A DNA stretch of 64,000 nt, from contig DAIDAP010000014.1 of the NCBI GenBank assembly GCA_027310565.1, positions 3,727-67,726 of the forward strand, in the 5' to 3' direction. The notes beneath the pieces were generated by a model. That model saw only the letters and a program-made list of their open reading frames with translations, made no database searches and had not been told where the DNA came from. The translations under genes were made by a program, and so were the position numbers. The stretch comes from Chloroflexota bacterium. GTDB taxonomy: Bacteria; Chloroflexota; Limnocylindria; P2-11E. Position 1 is the stretch's first letter. Every line of letters begins with the position of its first letter. Positions 7,859 to 16,416 of this stretch are shown in pieces.

Positions 7859-9444
7859 CCCGCGCGCTCGATCAGCGGCTCGTCGCGCGCAGGCGCCGCC
7901 GTCGGCGCCGGGAGCGAGAAGAGAAACCGCGCACCACCGCCCTGGCGGTTCTCGACCCAGATCCTTCCGCGGTGCGCCTCGACCAGGCCCTTTGCCACGG
8001 CGAGGCCCAGGCCGAGGCCGCTGCCCCGCGGTCCGAGGCCCGCGACACGGTAGAAGGGCTCGAACACGCGCGGGATTTCCTCGGGCGGCACGCCCGGTCC
8101 CCGGTCGGCGACCTCCACCACAACCTCCGACCCCTCGCGCCAGCAGCTGACCTCGACCGACTTGCCGGCGGGGGCATACTTCACGGCGTTCTCGATCAGG
8201 TTGGTGAGGACCTGGTCGATCTCGCTGAAATCGAGCAAGACGGGTGGCAGGTCGTCTTCGATTCGTAGGGTGATCGCGTTGCCGAGGCGCTCGACGACGT
8301 CGGCGATGAGCCCGCCGAGGTCGCGCAGCTCGCGGTCCGGCCGCAGCGCGCCGCCTTCGATTCGCGAGAGGTCGAGCAGGTTGCCGACGATGCGGTTGAG
8401 CCGCTCGGTCTGCTGCTCGATGGCCATCGCGAACTCCTCACGGTCCTCATCGGTCCACGGGACGTCGTGCTGGCGCAGGCTTCCGGCGGAGGCGAGGATC
8501 GAGGCGAGGGGGGTGCGCAGGTCGTGGGAGACCGCATTGAGCAGCGCCGACTTCAGTTCGTTGGCCTGACGCAGCAGCGCCGCATCAGTCGCGGCCTGCT
8601 GGCCCTCTGCGCGCTGCACCAGGATTCCCAGCTGCGTCGCGATGACCCCGAGGAAGCGGTTCTCCAGCTGCCCGAAGCGCGAGCCAGACGAGTCGCGTAC
8701 CAGGGTCAGCCGTCCGACAAGGCGCTGGTCGACCTGGATCGGGACCTCGTAGCGGCGCCAGGAGCCCATCGCTTCAAACGCGGGCGCCCGATTGGGCGGC
8801 ATGATCTTGATCCAGCGCCCGGTCGAGCCCGACGCGCCGTTCGTTGGCCGCTGGCCGAGGTTCATGACCTCGGTGGCTCGAGCGGAGTGCGGGCTCAGGA
8901 CGGCGGCCGCGTCCGTATCGCCCGCGACTGTGGTCTGGGCGCGTGCGCCGATCGACAGGGCGATGCCTACCGCGTTGACGTGGAGCTCGCTTCGGATCCG
9001 CTCGGCCAGCGTCTGAAGCGCGACCTCCGTCTCGGGTGCACTCATGAGCCGCAGCGTGTCGAAGAGCAAAACCGCCTCGCGCTCACGACGTTCCGCCTGC
9101 TGGGCTCGCAGTCGTTCGCGCGCGGCGAGTTGACCGGTGATGATTGCGGTGACGAGGAACAGCACGAGCGATAGCCACTCCTCTGGATCTGCGACCGTGA
9201 GCGTGTGATACGGGACGACGAAGAACCAATCGAAGATGAGGAACGCTGCGAGCGACGCGAAGATCGCCGGACCCGGGCCCAGACGTGTCGCGGTGGCCAG
9301 GATGACGATCAGGTAGAGCATCGAGATGTTCGCGATGGCGCGGCTCTCGAGCACCAAGCCGATCGCCACGCTGATCAGGCCGACCGCGACGAGCGCTATG
9401 AGGTAGCGCGGCAGGTGTGTGAACAGCGAGCGCAACTCGGCCAT
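7855..9444 (-). CDS. sensor histidine kinase, KdpD C-terminal-like (TM + GAF-like + HisKA + HATPase) lacking the KdpD N-terminal domains
   Basis: Start at MAELRSLFTHLPRY (ATG revcomp at 9442-9444). It has four hydrophobic helices, the H-box SHDLRTPL, and N/G boxes (LIENAVKYAP, DRGPGVP, GSGLGLGLA). The track ORF extends to 10665, but that part is antisense to the permease gene and I reject it. Confidence 0.8.
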   Translation of the reverse strand: MAELRSLFTHLPRYLIALVAVGLISVAIGLVLESRAIANISMLYLIVILATATRLGPGPAIFASLAAFLIFDWFFVVPYHTLTVADPEEWLSLVLFLVTAIITGQLAARERLRAQQAERREREAVLLFDTLRLMSAPETEVALQTLAERIRSELHVNAVGIALSIGARAQTTVAGDTDAAAVLSPHSARATEVMNLGQRPTNGASGSTGRWIKIMPPNRAPAFEAMGSWRRYEVPIQVDQRLVGRLTLVRDSSGSRFGQLENRFLGVIATQLGILVQRAEGQQAATDAALLRQANELKSALLNAVSHDLRTPLASILASAGSLRQHDVPWTDEDREEFAMAIEQQTERLNRIVGNLLDLSRIEGGALRPDRELRDLGGLIADVVERLGNAITLRIEDDLPPVLLDFSEIDQVLTNLIENAVKYAPAGKSVEVSCWREGSEVVVEVADRGPGVPPEEIPRVFEPFYRVAGLGPRGSGLGLGLAVAKGLVEAHRGRIWVENRQGGGARFLFSLPAPTAAPARDEPLIERAG

Positions 9445-9564
9445 TGATCCGAAGTCTCTCACCGGGCGCAGTGATCCCGAGCGTGCTCGCTTGTAGAGGA
9501 TTTGTTGAGCCGGCGCCTCGCATTTGTGAGCGGGACATGAGAACCGAGCGACAAACTGGGAGCG

Positions 9565-11622
9565 ATGGCCGAACGGCGCGAGGTGCCCGATCTCCCTGAT
9601 TTCGTTGAGCGCCGTGAGCAACAGGGCAGCCGCCCCGGCAACCGCTACGTGCGCATTGTTCGGCCGTCCCAGCGTGAGTTCACCCGCGTCGGCCCAGGCC
9701 ACGTCGTGGCGAGCGAAGCAGTGCTGGCGCCGCGTACGCCGCTCGGGCGCGTCGGCGACCGGATCCGCCAGTTCCTGTTCGGCTCGCGGATCGCGACCGC
9801 TCGCGAGATCCATGAGCGCATCGGCGTGTTCAAGGGCCTTGCGGTCTTCGCCTCGGACAACATCTCGTCCTCGGCGTACGCGACCGAAGAGATCATGCGC
9901 GTACTGGTGCTCGCGGGCGCTGGCGCGCTCACGCTCACCATGCCGATCACGATCGCGATCGTGGCGGTCCTCGGGATCGTGGTCGCGAGCTACCAGCAGA
10001 CCATCCGCGCTTACCCCAACGGCGGCGGCTCGTACATCGTCGCCAGCGACAACCTCGGCCCGGCCGCGGGGCTGACGGCCGGCGCGGCGCTGCTCACCGA
10101 CTATGTCCTGACCGTCGCGGTCTCGATCGCTGCCGGTGTCGCGGCGCTGACCTCGATCGCCCCCGAGCTCTTCGACTATCGCGTCTTGCTTGGCGTCGCG
10201 TTCGTTGCGCTCCTGGGCCTGGGGAACCTCCGCGGGATTCGGGAGAGCGCGACGCTCTTCTCGATCCCGACGTACGTGTACCTGGTCGCCATCTTCGGTC
10301 TGCTCGGCTACGGCCTCTTTCGTCTTGTCACAGGCGACCTTCCGGCGTACCAAGCGCCGCCATCTTGGAGTCAGACCGAGGGCGCCCAGGCGCTCGGCCT
10401 GGTGCTCATCCTGCGCGCGTTCGCCTCGGGTTCGGTCGCGCTCACCGGGACGGAGGCCGTCTCGAACGGAGTGCCCGCGTTCAAGCCACCGGAGTGGAGA
10501 CATGCGCAGGTCGTGCTGATCCTGATGGGCACCTTCTTCGGCGCGATCTTCCTGGGCATGAGCTTCCTCGCCGGGCAGATCGGGATCCTGCCCGACCCGA
10601 GCGAGCAGGAGACCGTGGTGAGCCAGCTCACCGCGCTGCTCGTTGGCGCGGGCTCGCCCTACCACTACCTCGTGCAGATCTCGACCGCGCTGCTCCTTGT
10701 GCTCGCCGCGAACACCGCCTTCGCCGACTTCCCGCGACTATCGAGCATCCTCGCGCGCGACGGCTTCATGCCGCGCCAGTTCTCCTACCGCGGCGATCGC
10801 TTGGCCTTCAGCATCGGGATCATCGCTCTGGCGCTGCTCGCGATCGTGCTGATAGTGGCCTTCGGCGGCAGCGTCACCAACCTCATTCCGCTGTACACGG
10901 TCGGCGTCTTCGTCGCCTTCACCCTGAGCCAGGCCGGCATGGTGCGCCACTGGTGGAAGCTGCGGCGGACCGAGCGAGGCTGGCGCACACGGGCGGCGTT
11001 CAACGGGGTCGGGGCCGTGGCGACCGGTGTGGTCGCGATCATCGTCAGCGAGGCCAAGTTCGCGCTCGGCGCGTGGATGATCATCGTGCTCATACCGGCG
11101 CTGATCGCGGTGATGTGGGGCATCCATCACCACTACCGCAGCGTCCGCGATGCGCTGGTCCTTGAGCGTCCCGACACGCCACTGCCGACGCTGGCTCCGC
11201 GCGTCGTCGTGCCGGTGAGCCGCCTCGATTACGCGACGCTGTACGCGTTGGCGTTCGCCCGCGCAATCTCGCCCGAGGCGATCGCGGTCCACGTCAGCGA
11301 GAGTCCGGAAGAAGCCGCGGAGATGCGAGGCCGCTGGGAGCGCTGGAACGGACCGGTGCCGCTGGCCATCGTCGAGTCGCCGTATCGGGTCTTGATCGCG
11401 CCACTCGTTGCCTACCTGGATGCCCTCGACAAGCAGCAGCCGGGGCGCCCGACAACCGTGGTGCTGGCGGAGTTCGTGCCGCGACACGTCTGGGAGTACG
11501 TCCTCCACAACCAGTCGTCGCTGCGACTGAAGCTACGGCTCTTCTTCAGGCGCAACACCGTCGTCGTGGACGTGCCGTATCACCTGGACGGGGTCGAACG
11601 GGCTAAGCCGCCGACGTCATAG
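9565..11622 (+). CDS. APC-superfamily (amino acid/polyamine/organocation-type) permease with a long cytoplasmic C-terminal domain
   Basis: 685 aa with about 12 hydrophobic segments starting after FASDNISSSAYATEEIMRVL, and a roughly 180 aa soluble C-terminus. It is divergent from the kinase operon. Confidence 0.75.
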   Translation: MAERREVPDLPDFVERREQQGSRPGNRYVRIVRPSQREFTRVGPGHVVASEAVLAPRTPLGRVGDRIRQFLFGSRIATAREIHERIGVFKGLAVFASDNISSSAYATEEIMRVLVLAGAGALTLTMPITIAIVAVLGIVVASYQQTIRAYPNGGGSYIVASDNLGPAAGLTAGAALLTDYVLTVAVSIAAGVAALTSIAPELFDYRVLLGVAFVALLGLGNLRGIRESATLFSIPTYVYLVAIFGLLGYGLFRLVTGDLPAYQAPPSWSQTEGAQALGLVLILRAFASGSVALTGTEAVSNGVPAFKPPEWRHAQVVLILMGTFFGAIFLGMSFLAGQIGILPDPSEQETVVSQLTALLVGAGSPYHYLVQISTALLLVLAANTAFADFPRLSSILARDGFMPRQFSYRGDRLAFSIGIIALALLAIVLIVAFGGSVTNLIPLYTVGVFVAFTLSQAGMVRHWWKLRRTERGWRTRAAFNGVGAVATGVVAIIVSEAKFALGAWMIIVLIPALIAVMWGIHHHYRSVRDALVLERPDTPLPTLAPRVVVPVSRLDYATLYALAFARAISPEAIAVHVSESPEEAAEMRGRWERWNGPVPLAIVESPYRVLIAPLVAYLDALDKQQPGRPTTVVLAEFVPRHVWEYVLHNQSSLRLKLRLFFRRNTVVVDVPYHLDGVERAKPPTS

Positions 11623-11630
11623 GCTCGGTC

Positions 11631-11690
11631 TGTACAGCCACGTGTCCAGCCAACGGGTCGGTATGAGCCGGTACGAGGCGGGACGGGCCG
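11631..11690 (+). repeat. copy B of the GTACAGCCAACG-containing motif (degenerate, with an internal duplication)
   Basis: gtacagccacgtgtccagccaacgggtcggtatgagccggtacgaggcgggacgggccgggacg. It matches copies A and C in the blocks cagccaacgggtcgg and gcgggac. Confidence 0.45.
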
Positions 11691-11757
11691 GGACGACGAA
11701 CTCGGACAACGTTCGAGAACACTCGAAATCGCTAAGGTTCGCGAAGGCCACACGCCA

Positions 11758-11813
11758 TCTTGGAAACCGCTGAAGCCGCAAGGCTTCCGTGGGTTCGAAT
11801 CCCACCCCCTCCG
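11758..11813 (+). repeat. partial tRNA-Ser 3' half (anticodon-loop to acceptor end), direct repeat of the 3' half of tRNA-Ser at 4873-4959; candidate att-site remnant
   Basis: cttggaaaccgctgaagccgcaaggcttccgtgggttcgaatcccaccccctccg matches the tRNA from the anticodon loop to the discriminator. The variable arm carries compensatory changes (GAAGCC/GGCTTC versus GAGGCC/GGCCTC). No 5' acceptor strand or D arm is present upstream. Confidence 0.55.
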
Positions 11814-11869
11814 CATTTTGCCCGTCAGTGCGCGCGTTTCGCGGCCGCGTTAGCTGAATGGCGCGGTCT

Positions 11870-11915
11870 TGTACAGGCAACGTACAGCCAACGGGTCGGG
11901 ATGAAGCGGGACGAG
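11870..11915 (+). repeat. copy C of the GTACAGCCAACG-containing motif
   Basis: gtacaggcaacgtacagccaacgggtcgggatgaagcgggacgag, nearly identical to copy A. Confidence 0.5.
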
Positions 11916-11922
11916 TCGCTCC

Positions 11923-13185
11923 TCACTCACCGAAGCGGGTCCGGCGGAAGAGCGCGAGCCCGAGCAGGCCGGCGAGCGCGAGCAGCGTGCCGCCGCTCCA
12001 GAAGAGGGGCTCGATCCCGAAGCGGTCGACGAAGACCCCTCCGATTGCGAGCGACAGCAGGGTGAAGATGCTCCAGTCCATGTCCAGGAGCGTGAAGACG
12101 CGGCCGCGCACCGCGTCCGGGATGGCCCCCTGGATCGTGGAGTTGAAGACGACCATCCCGGTCGAGGTGTTCAAACCGTAGATGAAGAGGATGGCGAGGG
12201 CGATCGGCAGCGGCGTGAACACGGCGATGAGCACGTCGCCGATGCCGCGGATGAGGTACGGCACGAAGAGCCAGCGAGCGCTGCGGTGGTCGCGCGCGAG
12301 GGCGTTGGGGATCAAGGGACCCAGGAGCGCGCCGACGCCGATCGCGCCGATGAGGGTGGCGAAGCCTTCGGGCGGCAGCCGCAGGTGGCGCTCCGAGAGG
12401 ACCACGAGCATCGCGCCGGTCGCCCCGACCGCGAAAGCCGCGAGCGACTGCACCAGCAATAGCCGCGAGACGAAGGCATCCCGCGCCGCGTAGGAGAGGC
12501 CGCGGCGCAGGTCCACCCAGAAACGCCGGAGCGCGCCGCCGGCGTCGCCGCCCGCCACCGGCGCCTGGCGGGGGATCCGCAGCAGCGCGATGAGCGCCGC
12601 CGAGGCGACGAAGCTCGCGGCGTTCAGGGCGAACGCCGCGCTCGTCCCGACGAGGGCGAGGATCCCCGCGGCGACGGAGGCGCCGACGATCTGAACGAGC
12701 TGTGCGGTCGACCAGCTGACCGAGTTCGCCGCGAGACGCTGCCGCTCCGTCGTGAGCGCAGGAAGGACCGCGTTCACCGTGGGGTTGAAGAAGACCCCGG
12801 CGGCGGAGAGCCCCGCGGCGACGAGGTAGGCGTGCCAGACGCCCTGCGGCCACACCAGCGAGAGCGCGAGCGCGCCACGGACGAGGTCGGCGCCGATGAG
12901 GACGCCCTTTCGGCTGAAGCGGTCGATGACCACGCCCGCGACCGGGCCCAAGGCGAGCACCGGGATCGTCTCGGTGGCGACGAGGCCGGCGACGGCGAGG
13001 CCCTGGCCCGAGAGCTCGAACACGAGCACGACGAGCGCGATGTAGTGGAGGGTGTCGCCGAAGTTGGAGATGAGCTGACCGAGCCACAGCGGGAAGTAGC
13101 GGCGGCTGCGCGCGACCGCGCTGTAGTCGGCGACCACCGAAGCGACGCGGCGCGGCAGGGAGAGCCCGGTCGGCGCTTCACTCAC
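11923..13185 (-). CDS. MFS transporter (EntS/enterobactin-exporter-like family)
   Basis: 420 aa with about 12 TM segments. The N-terminus (YFPLWLGQLISNFGDTLHYIAL) is typical of MFS_3/EntS-like transporters. Confidence 0.75.
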   Translation of the reverse strand: MSEAPTGLSLPRRVASVVADYSAVARSRRYFPLWLGQLISNFGDTLHYIALVVLVFELSGQGLAVAGLVATETIPVLALGPVAGVVIDRFSRKGVLIGADLVRGALALSLVWPQGVWHAYLVAAGLSAAGVFFNPTVNAVLPALTTERQRLAANSVSWSTAQLVQIVGASVAAGILALVGTSAAFALNAASFVASAALIALLRIPRQAPVAGGDAGGALRRFWVDLRRGLSYAARDAFVSRLLLVQSLAAFAVGATGAMLVVLSERHLRLPPEGFATLIGAIGVGALLGPLIPNALARDHRSARWLFVPYLIRGIGDVLIAVFTPLPIALAILFIYGLNTSTGMVVFNSTIQGAIPDAVRGRVFTLLDMDWSIFTLLSLAIGGVFVDRFGIEPLFWSGGTLLALAGLLGLALFRRTRFGE

Positions 13186-13253
13186 CGCGACACAGTCTCG
13201 CGAGCCGTGCGGAACGCGTCGAGGTCGAGCGCGGGCGAGGCCACGAGCGTCGG

Positions 13254-13505
13254 TCAGGCCTTCGTGAGCGTGCGGATCCGTTCGCGCGGTCCGTCGCGAA
13301 CATCGCGGAAGCGCCGAAGGCGCTCCTCGCGCGAGCCCCTCGCCGCCGCGGGTAGGGAAGGACCAGTGGCGCCGAAGGTCTCGGCGCTCTCGCCGCGCTG
13401 CTGCGAGATGTCGATGCCGATCTCGCGCATCACCTCGACCGCCTCCGGTCGCAGCGCCGCAGGAGGCCCTCGGCCATCTGGCTGCGCGCGGAGTTGTGGA
13501 TGCAC
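13254..13505 (-). pseudogene. remnant of an arsenate reductase / low-molecular-weight phosphatase (ArsC, LMWP family) gene
   Basis: AVEVMREIGIDISQQR matches the conserved central block of thioredoxin-coupled ArsC, and EERLRRFRDVRD matches its C-terminus. The N-terminal CTGNSCRS P-loop is absent and there is an internal gap. Confidence 0.4.
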
Positions 13506-13550
13506 AGGAACGGCACGCGGCGCTTCATCGTTCGCCTACGAAGCTACCGG

Positions 13551-15794
13551 CTACGGCCGGTCAGCGCCCCATCGGTCTCCACCGACCTCGACCCATCCCG
13601 CGCTGCCGTCGACGGTGACGATCTGTCCATCGCGCAGCCGGCGTGTCGCATCGCCGGTCGCCACGACCGCGGGGATGCCGAACTCTCGCGCTACGAGCGA
13701 CGCATGTGCGGCGAGCGAGCCGCCGTCGGTCACCACGGCCGCGGCGCGTGAGAAGAGTGGTGTCCAAGCGGGGGCGGTCGTTCGTGCGACCAGCACGTCG
13801 CCTCGCTCGAAGGCATCGAACTGCTCCGGTCCGCTGACGATGCGCACCGGTCCGGACGCGCGACCGGGGCTGGCCGGGTGGCCGACGATGGCGCCGTCCG
13901 GCTGCCGCGAGGCCGCCCGCGCGCTCTCCACCATGCCCGAGATCGCGCCGCGCGCGATGGCGGGCGGTGCACCGATCTCGAGCGGCGGGACGAGACGGCG
14001 TTGCGCGTCCCACCGGCTCCGCCGCTCCGCGACCGCCGTCCGCAGGTCGCGTGCCCCGTCCGCGACCGTGAGCTCGGCGTGCGTCAAGAAGAAGACGTCG
14101 TCTGCCTTCTCGATCGCGCCGCCGCGAGCGGACATCGCGCCGAGGCGCAGCACGGCGCGCCGCAACAGCGGCCACCCCCGGGTGAACGCGCGCGTCTGTT
14201 GTTCGCGCAGGACCGCGTAGCGCCGGGCGAGGGCGAGCAGCTCATCGAAGCGCCGGAGCTTCACGGGATCGCCGGCGAGCGCCGCCCGGCAAGCGGCCAC
14301 GACGAGCTCGCCTTCTTCGCGCAGCCGGCGGTGGCGTGCGAGGACCGCCGGATCGAGCGACGCCGCCACGTGCTCGCCGGCCGTCGGCCAATACGGATCG
14401 AGGCTGTAGACGGCGTGTGCGGCGAGGTCGGGCTCCGTTCCCGGTAGTCCGATGATCATCCGCTGGTACGAGCCGGCGAGCGCGCCAGCGATGTATCGCC
14501 GTACGAAGCGGTTGAACGCGCCCTCGATCTTCCAGGCGGATCCGGCCACGCTCTCGACCGACCAGCCCAGCTCGCCTGCGAGCACGCCGACCTCGTCGAC
14601 GGTCGCGGCGAGCTCCTCGCGGGACATCGCGTCGACCCGAGGCTCCGCCTCCGCGACCTTCCGGTCGTAACGCGGCTGCCGATCATCGCGCCAGCGCTCG
14701 GCGAGGCGGGTCAGCAGCGCGTCGGCCTTGCGCGGATCGCGCTGGGTCTGGACCAGGAGCGTGAAGAGGCGCATCAGCGCGCGCGGGCGGCGGATCAGCC
14801 GCAGCAGCATGCCCGCCGGCGATCCGCGACCCTGCGCCGTCGTGTAGTACCAGCCGTTGATCACGGCGCTGGCGGGCTCGACGGCGATCCCCATGTCCTC
14901 CCGGGTGGCGCGCGCGTGTCCGGAGTCGAGGAGCGGAAGCAGCCAGTCCGCGAACAGCGGAGTGACCGGCTCGGGCAGGAGCTCTCCCAAACGAAGGTTG
15001 CGGAGCCACCACCCCTTGAAGGGCGGGTTCCAGTCAACGTCAGATAACGCCGTCATTGGCCGTGCCTGGAGCAGGTACAGCGCGCCCTGGGCCTCGGCCC
15101 ACTCGATGTCCTGAGGAACGCCGAACTCGTGCTCGACGCGCCGAGCGAGCGCCGCTATCGCGCGCGCCTGCGCGGCGTCGATCACGTTCTCGCTACCAGG
15201 TCCGCGTTTGGCATGGTCCCCGCGGACACGCCACTCGTCGGGGACGGCTTCCCCCGAGACCAGACGATCGCCGAGACCGCGCACCGCGCTCACGACCACC
15301 TCGGCACGGTCGCCGGTCAGAGGATCCGCGGTGAACGCCACGCCCGCGCGCTCGGCGTCGACCATCCGCTGCACGATGACCGCCAGCCCCGACGTCTCGT
15401 CTACGGACTCGGCGCGGGCGCGCCGATACGCGCGTACGCGCTCGTTCGCCTCCGAGGCGACGACGCGGCGGACCGCGGCGGGCACCTCGTCCGCAGGCAC
15501 ATTGAGCTCGGTCTCGTACTGCCCCGCGAAGGACGCGCCTTCCAGATCTTCCGCGAGCGCCGATGAGCGCACCGCGAAGAGCCCGCGGCGCATACCCGCG
15601 ATTCCCGCCGCGAGCGCCGCGCGCGCGGCTTCCCAGTCCCGCCCGGCCTCGGGTAAGACGATCAGTCCCTCGGGGACGGGGAGGCCGGCGCGGGCGAGCC
15701 GCGCGAGCGTGGCGGCCTTCGTGCCGCTGCGAGCGCGCTCGCTCGCCGCCGGATCCGTGAGGCTGACGACGACAGGTCTGTCGTCGGTGCTCAT
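13551..15794 (-). CDS. PEP-utilizing enzyme with N-terminal PPDK_N ATP-grasp domain and C-terminal swivelling phospho-His domain (PEP synthase / rifampicin-phosphotransferase-like family)
   Basis: Start at MSTDDRPVVV (ATG revcomp at 15792-15794). The N-terminus reads KAATLARLARAGLPVPEGLIV...FAVRSSALAEDLEGASFAGQYET (PPDK N-domain). The C-terminus reads GHPASPGRASGPVRIV...GDVLVARTTAPAWTPLFSRAAAVVTDGGSLAAHASLVAREFGIPAVV (PEP-utilizers mobile domain). I reject the track ORF's extra 66 aa N-terminal extension. Confidence 0.8.
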   Translation of the reverse strand: MSTDDRPVVVSLTDPAASERARSGTKAATLARLARAGLPVPEGLIVLPEAGRDWEAARAALAAGIAGMRRGLFAVRSSALAEDLEGASFAGQYETELNVPADEVPAAVRRVVASEANERVRAYRRARAESVDETSGLAVIVQRMVDAERAGVAFTADPLTGDRAEVVVSAVRGLGDRLVSGEAVPDEWRVRGDHAKRGPGSENVIDAAQARAIAALARRVEHEFGVPQDIEWAEAQGALYLLQARPMTALSDVDWNPPFKGWWLRNLRLGELLPEPVTPLFADWLLPLLDSGHARATREDMGIAVEPASAVINGWYYTTAQGRGSPAGMLLRLIRRPRALMRLFTLLVQTQRDPRKADALLTRLAERWRDDRQPRYDRKVAEAEPRVDAMSREELAATVDEVGVLAGELGWSVESVAGSAWKIEGAFNRFVRRYIAGALAGSYQRMIIGLPGTEPDLAAHAVYSLDPYWPTAGEHVAASLDPAVLARHRRLREEGELVVAACRAALAGDPVKLRRFDELLALARRYAVLREQQTRAFTRGWPLLRRAVLRLGAMSARGGAIEKADDVFFLTHAELTVADGARDLRTAVAERRSRWDAQRRLVPPLEIGAPPAIARGAISGMVESARAASRQPDGAIVGHPASPGRASGPVRIVSGPEQFDAFERGDVLVARTTAPAWTPLFSRAAAVVTDGGSLAAHASLVAREFGIPAVVATGDATRRLRDGQIVTVDGSAGWVEVGGDRWGADRP

Positions 15795-15807
15795 CCGACG
15801 CGCCACT

Positions 15808-16407
15808 TCACGTGCCGACCGCGCGGAGGAAGAGACGCACGATCTCGTCGATGTCGATCGCGGCTCGAGTCCGTGCGCGGGTGCCCGCGAGCAGTCCGTG
15901 CTGGAAGACCCACCCCAGAAGCGTGCCGCCGAGCATCTGCGCCGCGACCTCGGCGTCCACGTCCTTGTGCACCAGTCCCTGTTCACGGGCATGCTCGAGC
16001 AGTCGTCGCACAGCGCCTCCGCCCGTGAGTGCCTCGCGAAGCGGCTTGGCGAGATGCGGTCTGCGCGTGCTCTCGCCCACGACGAGACGGAGGAGGTCGA
16101 GCGACTCGGTGCGCATCGTCTGCGCGAGGCCTTCCTCGGCGAAGCGTCTGAGCAGGACCTCGAGCGTGCGACGGCTCGCGCGAGGTGGCAGCACGATGTC
16201 GGCGGCGAGCGCCCGACGACGCTCGGCCATGGCCTCGATCACCGCGCTCAGCAGATCGTCCTTCGTCGGGTAGTAGCGATACAGGGTCTCCTTCGAGACG
16301 CCGGCGGCCTCCGCCAGCGCGTTCGTGGTCGCCCCCTCGTATCCGTGGCGGAGAAACAGCCGCTCCGCCGCGGAAAGGATCTGCTGTTCCTTTGCTGTGA
16401 TCGACAT
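15808..16407 (-). CDS. TetR family transcriptional regulator
   Basis: N-terminal HTH ILSAAERLFLRHGYEGATTNALAEAAGVSKETLYRYYPTKDDLL. It is probably in an operon with the downstream PEP-utilizing enzyme gene. Confidence 0.85.
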   Translation of the reverse strand: MSITAKEQQILSAAERLFLRHGYEGATTNALAEAAGVSKETLYRYYPTKDDLLSAVIEAMAERRRALAADIVLPPRASRRTLEVLLRRFAEEGLAQTMRTESLDLLRLVVGESTRRPHLAKPLREALTGGGAVRRLLEHAREQGLVHKDVDAEVAAQMLGGTLLGWVFQHGLLAGTRARTRAAIDIDEIVRLFLRAVGT

Positions 16408-16416
16408 CGTCCCATA

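Noticed and set aside
7855-10665. 936-aa minus-strand ORF extending the histidine kinase about 400 aa N-terminally
   Set aside because: Upstream of MAELRSLF the translation is Arg/Gly/Asp-rich nonsense and lies antisense to the well-supported APC permease gene. The kinase start was set at 9444.
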